From positions 39,799 to 71,798 of the forward strand of contig JAIVFT010000026.1 in NCBI GenBank assembly GCA_020829665.1: a stretch of DNA of 32,000 bases. The letters are read 5' to 3'. The position numbers and the translations under genes were made by a program. The notes below the pieces were generated by a model. That model worked only from the letters and a program-made list of their open reading frames with translations, did not search any database and had not been told where the DNA came from. This document shows, piece after piece, positions 8,313 to 14,132 of this stretch; position 1 is the first letter of the stretch, and each line of letters starts with the position of its first letter. This DNA comes from Nostoc sp. CHAB 5824 (lineage in GTDB: Bacteria; Cyanobacteriota; Cyanobacteriia; Cyanobacteriales; Nostocaceae).

Positions 8313-10445
8313 ATGAACCAAAGCAACCAAGATAAAGCCAAGGGCTGGCAAAATAAGGTTGAGGGTGGAACTGTTTATCAAGGCGATATTCGTATCTACA
8401 ATTCCCCTACTGGGCAGTTATACTCATCTCCTCCAAATAATATTCCTTATCGGGGTGTTGCGAACTTTGTCGGGCGGAATGAGAAACTTGTAGAACTACA
8501 TAAAAAATTGCTGCAAAATGACAACGCGGCAATTTTGGCTGTGGCTGGTATGGGAGGAATGGGTAAAACTGAACTGGCGACACAATACGCACAGCGCAAC
8601 AAAGTCAATTATCCTGGTGGGCTTTGCTGGTTAGATGCCAGAAAACTAGATTTAGCAGCAGAGATTGTGGAGTTTGCTAAGTTTTACATGAAACTGGAAG
8701 TACCGCGAACCTTATTGACTTCCCAGGAACAAGCAAAATGGTGCTGGCATAATTGGCAACCACAAACAGGACTAGTATTAGTAGTATTGGATAATGTTGA
8801 CGATGTGACTAACTGGGAAAATTCTCGCCAAGTTCTGCCAACAGATAACCGCTTCTGTATATTGATGACAACTCGGTTGCGAAATCTCGGTTCAACAGTT
8901 CAACAGATAACTTTGAATGAACTCTCACCAAACGATGCTTTAAATTTGTTGACAGCTTTGTTGGGTGAGAATGATAGGCGGGTGCAACGGGAACCACAAA
9001 CGGCAGCAAATTTATGTAAATGGCTGGGATATCTGCCTTTAGGTTTGCAATTAGTCGGCGCGTATTTGGCAGAAGATCCAAATTTGTCTTTGACAGAGAT
9101 TTTACAGCAATTACCAGCCCAGCAAAAATCTCAATTGGAAGCCGTATTTGAATTAAGCTGGCAACAACTCGATTCTATAACACAGCGTGTCGGTGAGTTG
9201 TTGAGTTTATTCGCCCCAGATATCATTCCTTGGCAAATAGTTGAATCTGTTAGTCAGCAGTTAAATTGGGCGAAGGTAGATGTTGACGAGGCGAGAAAGC
9301 AACTTTATAAGCGTCATTTAATTCAAAGCGTAGCAGAAGGAGAAAGTTGCTATAAAATTCATCCTTTAATTAGGGAGTTTTTGCAAGGAAAACAGGTAGA
9401 GTCAAAAATCGCCAACGAGTTACAACAAGCGATTTCCACAATTTTTGTAGAAATTGCTAAGACAATACCTGACTCTCTCACTATTGAGCATATCAAGTCA
9501 GTGCAACTGGCAATTCCCCATTTGGCTGAGGTTGCACAAAATCTGACTGCTGCTGTACAGGATGAAGATTTAATTTACATTTTCGTTGGCTTGGGTAGAT
9601 TCTATGAAGAACAAGGTTTATATGCCCTAGCAGAATCTTGGTGTCAGCAATGTTTATCAACGGTGCAAACTCGTTTGGGAGAAGAACATCCCAATGTTGC
9701 CACCAGCTTCAACAACCTGGGAGCAATTTACCAATCTCAAGGACGCGATGACCAAGCCGAACCGCTTTATCAGCAAGCTTTAGCACTGAGAAAACGCCTG
9801 CTGGGAGAAGAACATCCCTCTGTCGCCACCAGCCTAGCCTGCTTGGCAAATATCTACTCTTCTCAAGGACGCTACGACCAAGCCGAACCGCTTTATCTGC
9901 AAGCTTTAGAACTGAGAAAACGCCTGCTGGGAGAAGCAAATCCCTCTGTCGCCACCAGCCTGAACAACCTGGCATTACTCTACGAATTTCAAGGACGCTA
10001 CGACCAAGCCGAACCCCTGTTTCTGCAAGCTTTAGAACTTAATAAACGCCTGCTGGGAGATGCACATCCCTCTGTCGCCACCAACCTGAACAACCTGGCA
10101 AGTCTCTACAAATCTCAAGGACGCTACGACCAAGCCGAACCCCTGTTTCTGCAAGCTTTAGAACTTAATAAACGCCTGCTGGGAGAAGCACATCCCCATG
10201 TCGCCACCAGCCTGAACAACCTGGCAAATCTCTACAATTCTCAAAGACGCTACGACCAAGCCGAACCCCTGTATCTCCAAGCTTTAGAAATTCGTCAGCA
10301 GGTGTTTGGGGTAAATCATCCCAATACGGTTACTGTTCGGGAAAATCTAGAAAATCTTCAAGCTCAAATGAGTGCTAACCGTAAAGTTAAGAATAATGCT
10401 AATAATAATTCCTTGTGGGAGAAGTTTTTAGGGTTATTTGAGTGA
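8313..10445 (+). CDS. NLR-like STAND ATPase: N-terminal signalling motif, NB-ARC domain, then TPR (TPR_12-type) repeats
   Basis: 710 aa. Walker A is GMGGMGKTELA and Walker B is LVLVVLDNVDD, with NB-ARC-like LPLGLQLVGAYL. At least five 42-aa TPR units follow (HP.VATSLNNLA.LY.SQGRYDQAEPL.LQALEL.KRLLGE). Confidence 0.9.
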   Translation: MNQSNQDKAKGWQNKVEGGTVYQGDIRIYNSPTGQLYSSPPNNIPYRGVANFVGRNEKLVELHKKLLQNDNAAILAVAGMGGMGKTELATQYAQRNKVNYPGGLCWLDARKLDLAAEIVEFAKFYMKLEVPRTLLTSQEQAKWCWHNWQPQTGLVLVVLDNVDDVTNWENSRQVLPTDNRFCILMTTRLRNLGSTVQQITLNELSPNDALNLLTALLGENDRRVQREPQTAANLCKWLGYLPLGLQLVGAYLAEDPNLSLTEILQQLPAQQKSQLEAVFELSWQQLDSITQRVGELLSLFAPDIIPWQIVESVSQQLNWAKVDVDEARKQLYKRHLIQSVAEGESCYKIHPLIREFLQGKQVESKIANELQQAISTIFVEIAKTIPDSLTIEHIKSVQLAIPHLAEVAQNLTAAVQDEDLIYIFVGLGRFYEEQGLYALAESWCQQCLSTVQTRLGEEHPNVATSFNNLGAIYQSQGRDDQAEPLYQQALALRKRLLGEEHPSVATSLACLANIYSSQGRYDQAEPLYLQALELRKRLLGEANPSVATSLNNLALLYEFQGRYDQAEPLFLQALELNKRLLGDAHPSVATNLNNLASLYKSQGRYDQAEPLFLQALELNKRLLGEAHPHVATSLNNLANLYNSQRRYDQAEPLYLQALEIRQQVFGVNHPNTVTVRENLENLQAQMSANRKVKNNANNNSLWEKFLGLFE
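9681..10310 (+). repeat. Five tandem 126-bp units encoding 42-aa TPR repeats
   Basis: Units start at 9681, 9807, 9933, 10059 and 10185, each exactly 126 nt apart. Long stretches are identical at the nucleotide level (for example caaggacgctacgaccaagccgaacc). Confidence 0.9.
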
Positions 10446-10502
10446 AGCGAAGGTTGTGATTATAGCAAGGAACTGGGGACACTTCGACATGGTTCGACTC
10501 CC

Positions 10503-10635
10503 AATACGGTTCGGATAAGATCCCCCCGCCTACGGCGACCCCCTTAAAAAGGGGGTAAAGAAAAAAATAGCCCCCCAATTTATCGGGGGGTTGGGGGGAT
10601 CTTCCTGGGCAAAATATCACTAACCGAACCGTATT
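10503..10635. mobile_element. MITE-like palindromic element, copy 1
   Basis: Terminal inverted repeats aatacggttcgg / ccgaaccgtatt are flanked by the direct repeat ggttcgactccc (10491-10502 and 10637-10648). The inner core 10519-10601 is bounded by gatcccccc / ggggggatc and contains the hairpins cccccttaaaaaggggg and ccccccaatttatcgggggg. Confidence 0.6.
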
Positions 10636-10785
10636 AGGTTCGACTCCCTTCCCTACGGGACGCTACGCGAACGACTGCGCTCAGGGCCAGCCGCTCACCA
10701 GCCGCGCAGTGCATCGCTGGGGACTGGGTGAAAAGTCTTTTTGTGTTTCGGTTTTATCCTCCTCAAATTAAAATTGAACAAAAAT

Positions 10786-10989
10786 AATAAATGACACCCC
10801 GAATTCAATAAACGACACCCCGAATTCAATAAACGACACCCCGAATTCAATAAACGACTTCCCGAATTCAATAAACGACTTCCCGAATTCAATAAACGAC
10901 ACCCCGAATTCAATAAACGACTTCCCGAATTCGATGAACGACACCCCGAATTCAATGAACGACTCCCCGAATTCGATAAACGACACCCC
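10786..10989. repeat. 21-bp tandem array: 9 full copies plus 1 partial copy, each with a GAATTC site
   Basis: The unit is gaattcaataaacgacacccc, with copies starting at 10801, 10822, 10843, 10864, 10885, 10906, 10927, 10948 and 10969. Two main variants occur (cgacacccc and cgacttccc). Confidence 0.95.
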
Positions 10990-11007
10990 CCTTAATCCCC
11001 CCTTATA

Positions 11008-11182
11008 AAGGCTACGGTGTACACACAAGTCTTCTAGAGTTGCGTCACAGGCTTTTGATCCCCCCAACCCCCCTTAAAAAGGGGGGCAAAAAGCTCTCAA
11101 AGTCCCCCAATTTATCGGGGGATTTAGGGGGATCAATACACATTTTGCACCCAGCAAAAAGATGTGTGTACACCGTAGCCTT
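11008..11182. mobile_element. MITE-like element with perfect 20-bp terminal inverted repeats enclosing core copy 2
   Basis: aaggctacggtgtacacaca (11008-11027) is the exact reverse complement of tgtgtgtacaccgtagcctt (11163-11182). The inner gatccccc...gggggatc core lies at 11057-11134. Confidence 0.6.
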
Positions 11183-11451
11183 ACCAAGGGGAGGGTGCGC
11201 GATAGCGCGGGTGGAGTATTTATGTACCTCACAAAGTTGAAATCTGCTGTAAGTAATGCGTTGTAGAAGTGTGTCATTCATAAAGAAATATTCATAAATT
11301 ATGACGATATTTTTGTTCTCATAAGCTAATTCTAGATGCCAAATAACGATGGCAAAAAAATAATTGCAGCTACAAATAAATACTTTTAACTGTTAATTTA
11401 TTTTTGATTTAAGGATTTACAAGTATAAAATTATACTGTAATATACAAATA

Positions 11452-11495
11452 AGAAAGGCGATCGCCCTCTGCCAAGAATCTGCGATCGCCTTTCT
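11452..11495 (+). promoter_or_regulatory. 14-bp perfect stem-loop built on two HIP1 sites, 30 nt upstream of the 11525 start codon
   Basis: agaaaggcgatcgc (11452-11465) pairs with gcgatcgcctttct (11482-11495) across a 16-nt loop, followed by a ggaga Shine-Dalgarno-like motif. AT-rich -10-like hexamers (tataaa, tatact, taatat) lie at about 11424-11445. Confidence 0.35.
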
Positions 11496-11524
11496 GTAAA
11501 CCCCCATTCTGGGAGACAATTACA

Positions 11525-11824
11525 ATGATGGCACAAGTACAAAAGTTTGTAAAAAATCAGAAGTTCGCCCAATCAGAATTACAACAGTACTTAGATGGCG
11601 AAAACTTAAATACACCCATCCTTAATCAATCTTCTGAAAATCAATTACCGAAAAGAGAACCGATTAAACATCTATTAATAGGTTCTCCAAAAGCAGTTAC
11701 TAGCACAATTCACTATCTGCAAATGATTGGCTACGCCAGCATCGGCGATTGGAGTCCGCTACTACCAACCGCCAACCCAGGCGAGGTAATGAGTATTTTA
11801 ATCCGTCAGATTTTAATGCAATAG
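11525..11824 (+). CDS. Conserved cyanobacterial hypothetical protein (99 aa)
   Basis: ATG with gggaga upstream. The C-terminal LLIGSPKAV.STIH.LQ..GYA...DWSPLLPT.NPGEVMSIL resembles a widespread cyanobacterial small protein (from memory). Confidence 0.65.
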   Translation: MMAQVQKFVKNQKFAQSELQQYLDGENLNTPILNQSSENQLPKREPIKHLLIGSPKAVTSTIHYLQMIGYASIGDWSPLLPTANPGEVMSILIRQILMQ

Positions 11825-11837
11825 GACATATCAAAAT

Positions 11838-11866
11838 GGTGCGTTGTTGCAAGGGCGCAACGCACC
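11838..11866. terminator. Hairpin between convergent genes
   Basis: ggtgcgttg (11838-11846) pairs with caacgcacc (11858-11866). Related hairpins of the form ggtgcgtt...aacgcac occur at about 26503-26530 and about 650-675. Confidence 0.3.
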
Positions 11867-11934
11867 CTACTTGAACTTTATCTGTCGTAGGGGTTTAGTA
11901 ATGTGCTTGACTGATGACTGATGATTGTTAACCG

Positions 11935-12216
11935 TCAACCGTCAACCGTCAACGTGTGAGTCTTTCTCAAAGCTTGGTTCTTTTGACGCAGTTGCTCGAT
12001 TACTTCTCTAGCGTCGAGTCGTTCTTGGCGATCAAGTTGCTCAACCCCAATCATAATTTCTCTTTGCAGTTCCTCAAACCGACCCTTGTAAATACGTTCC
12101 CGTTCCTCTAACAGCCTAATACCTGCAAGAATCACTTCTTCAGATGAGGTGTACTTCCCGCTTGCAACTTGACTTTGAATGAACTGCTCAAGCTCGGTCG
12201 TTAAGGAAATATTTAT
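11935..12216 (-). pseudogene. ParD-like ribbon-helix-helix antitoxin lacking a canonical start codon; no partner toxin
   Basis: My own translation upstream of the track ORF gives (ATA)I-NISLTTELEQFIQSQVASGKYTSSEEVILAGIRLLEERERIY..., which fits the ParD/CopG pattern MNISLT.ELE.FI...V.SG.Y.S.SEV. ATA sits where ATG is expected (12216-12214), and a stop lies 3 codons upstream. Confidence 0.55.
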
Positions 12217-12487
12217 AAACTCTTACCATATTTTTGTTGTCATCTTCTAATTCTAGATGCGAACTGACAGCAGCCCATTGCGATCGCATTCACTAGATGT
12301 TAAAACTTTTAGTGTATTGAATAATACCAAAAATATCCTTATGGCACGGCGATCGCATACATTCAACCCTCTTCAAAATCCACCATAAGCACGTTAAGCT
12401 GGATTAAAGTGACAATTTATTGCGCTTTTTAATATATAAATCTCTGTGACTGTCAAATTTTAATTTTTTCTGCTTGAGAAACCCGGA

Positions 12488-13210
12488 ATGCTAGACCGAA
12501 TTTTTGATTACCTCGACTTTCATTTCAGCCTTGAAGCCCTTATAGTTCTGGTAATCCTGGTGCTTTTAGAGGCGCTGTTATCTGCCGACAATGCGATCGC
12601 CCTGGCTGCGATCGCTCGGGGACTGGAAGACAAAGAACTTGAGCGTAAAGCTTTGAACTTTGGTTTAGTCGTTGCCTATGTTCTGCGAATCTCCCTGATT
12701 TTAACTGCCACTTGGGTGCAACAATTCTGGCAATTTGAATTATTGGGCGCTGCTTATCTACTTTGGTTGGTATTCCAACACTTTACCTCGGAAGAAGCCG
12801 AGGACGATCACCATCACGGGCCGCGTTTTAATTCGTTGTTACAAGCGATACCTGTGATTGCATTTACAGATTTGGCATTTTCTTTGGATAGCGTGACAAC
12901 TGCGATCGCAGTTTCTCAAGAAAAATGGCTAGTGCTGACGGGTGCAACAATTGGTATTATTACGCTGCGATTCATGGCGGGATTGTTTATCCGTTGGTTA
13001 GACGAATATGAAAACCTAGAAGACGCAGGCTATATAACTGTAGCTTTGGTGGGTTTACGCTTATTGTTGAAAGTGGTGAACGATAATTTAGTTCCACCAG
13101 AATGGATCATGATTACTGCCATCTTCCTGATTTTAGGCTGGGGATTTTCCAAGCGTGTTGGCACTGAATTACCCCAAGTAGAACCAGAAAAGAGCGAAGT
13201 ATCTAAGTAA
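12488..13210 (+). CDS. TerC/YjbE family integral membrane protein
   Basis: 240 aa, multi-pass hydrophobic. The LEALLSADNAIALAAIA motif and a second DSV.TAIAV repeat half are typical of the family. Confidence 0.8.
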   Translation: MLDRIFDYLDFHFSLEALIVLVILVLLEALLSADNAIALAAIARGLEDKELERKALNFGLVVAYVLRISLILTATWVQQFWQFELLGAAYLLWLVFQHFTSEEAEDDHHHGPRFNSLLQAIPVIAFTDLAFSLDSVTTAIAVSQEKWLVLTGATIGIITLRFMAGLFIRWLDEYENLEDAGYITVALVGLRLLLKVVNDNLVPPEWIMITAIFLILGWGFSKRVGTELPQVEPEKSEVSK

Positions 13211-13375
13211 GGGGGACAAGGGGACAAGGGGACAAGGGGACAAGGGGACAAGGGGACAAGGGGACAAGGGGACTTGTGAGAACTTGCAACAAGTCTTTCC
13301 CCTTGTCCCCAATTCTCCTTGTCCCCTTGTCCTCTTCCCAATGCCCCATTCCCCATTCCCCATTCCCCACTCCCT
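13211..13375. repeat. Composite STRR hairpin module: 8-mer GGGGACAA tandem repeats, an acttgcaacaagt core, then a C-rich arm with CCCCATT heptamers
   Basis: GGGGACAA occurs 7 times plus a partial copy at 13212-13273. The core is gacttgtgagaacttgcaacaagtc. The right arm is ccccttgtccccaattctccttgtcccc...ccccattccccattccccatt. It lies between the convergent terC-like gene and ndk. Confidence 0.85.
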
Positions 13376-13381
13376 ACAGTC

Positions 13382-13843
13382 TTACTCGCGCAACCAAGGC
13401 GTTAAGTGTGGTTGCCAATTTACTAATTCTTCATCCTTAAACCATAGGGCTATTTCCCGTTGCGCGGTTTCTTGAGCATCAGAACCGTGGATCAAGTTGC
13501 GACCAATATTCAGGCCAAAATCGCCCCGAATCGTTCCCGGCTCTGCTGTTAAAGGGTTTGTCGCACCAATAATCTTTCTGGCAGATGCAACAACGCCATC
13601 ACCTTCCCATACCATCGCCACCACTGGGCTAGAAGTGATAAATTCCACTAGACCACCAAAAAAGGGACGTTCTCGGTGAACATCATAGTGTTGTTCAGCC
13701 AATTCCCGACTGACTTTCAGGAACTTCAAACCAACTAGGGTAAAACCTTTGGTTTCAAAGCGACGGATAATTTCCCCCACTAATCCCCGCTGTACTCCAT
13801 CAGGCTTAATTGCTAAAAATGTGCGTTCCAAAGCTTTCTCCAA
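13382..13843 (-). CDS. ndk: Nucleoside diphosphate kinase
   Basis: [39 protein letters not shown]-type NLIHGSD. The true start may instead be the TTG four codons downstream (MERTF...). Confidence 0.96.
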   Translation of the reverse strand: MEKALERTFLAIKPDGVQRGLVGEIIRRFETKGFTLVGLKFLKVSRELAEQHYDVHRERPFFGGLVEFITSSPVVAMVWEGDGVVASARKIIGATNPLTAEPGTIRGDFGLNIGRNLIHGSDAQETAQREIALWFKDEELVNWQPHLTPWLRE

Positions 13844-13982
13844 AAACTTAATGAATTTTTTATCTGGTCAATTGTCATTTGTCCTACCCTTCTCCTTCGG
13901 AGACGCTACGCGAACGGGAAGCCGCCCTCCGGGCGTCTATGTCCTTTGTCATCGTCTGTCTTGGGTCTAAGGGTTTTGCACT

Positions 13983-14031
13983 AATGACCAATGACTAATG
14001 ACTAATGACCAATGACTAATGACCAATGACC
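13983..14031. repeat. Heptanucleotide STRR (AATGACC / AATGACT, 7 copies)
   Basis: Reads aatgaccaatgactaatgactaatgaccaatgactaatgaccaatgacc directly in the sequence. Confidence 0.9.
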
Positions 14032-14132
14032 AATCAGAGTTTATCTTAGAAATTATCTTTGGGTGCATATACGTTCCTAAATGAATGCGTTAAATTGTTA
14101 ATTCGTGGGTGAAAAACAGAGGTTAGGAAGAA

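Noticed and set aside
9709-9975. Track ORF 9709-9975 (reverse strand)
   Set aside because: It is antisense to the TPR repeat region of the NLR gene and is kept open by the repeat periodicity.
10491-10648. tRNA-like T-loop sequence ggttcgactcc, present twice
   Set aside because: The neighbouring bases cannot form a T-stem, acceptor stem or anticodon arm. The two copies flank the MITE-like element and are better explained as a target-site duplication.
10786-10989. Possible CRISPR array
   Set aside because: The units are contiguous with no unique spacers, the unit is only 21 bp, and there are no cas genes in the window.
10695-11067. Track ORFs 10695-10955 and 10768-11067 (reverse strand), with heptad-repeat proteins (LLNSGCR..., SFIEFGV...)
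   Set aside because: Both frames are open only because the 21-bp (7-codon) tandem repeat lacks stops. Two overlapping frames are open at once and there is no credible start context or non-repeat domain, so I treat this as non-coding repeat.
11040-11281. Track ORFs 11040-11240, 11045-11281 and 11074-11277
   Set aside because: Three mutually overlapping frames lie inside the inverted-repeat element. Their peptides (PLKKGG, SPDKLG) are the usual translation artefacts of this palindromic repeat.
12240-12487. Possible Mn-sensing yybP-ykoY riboswitch upstream of the TerC-family gene
   Set aside because: I could not find the conserved four-helix junction sequence elements by eye. The region is AT-rich with no convincing paired structure. 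A covariance-model search would be needed to revisit this.
13030-13475. Track ORFs 13030-13356, 13169-13363 and 13284-13475 (PCPLVPLSP-type proteins)
   Set aside because: They lie entirely in the STRR hairpin module or overlap the TerC-family and ndk gene ends. The low-complexity translations are produced by GGGGACAA/CCCCTTGT repeats.
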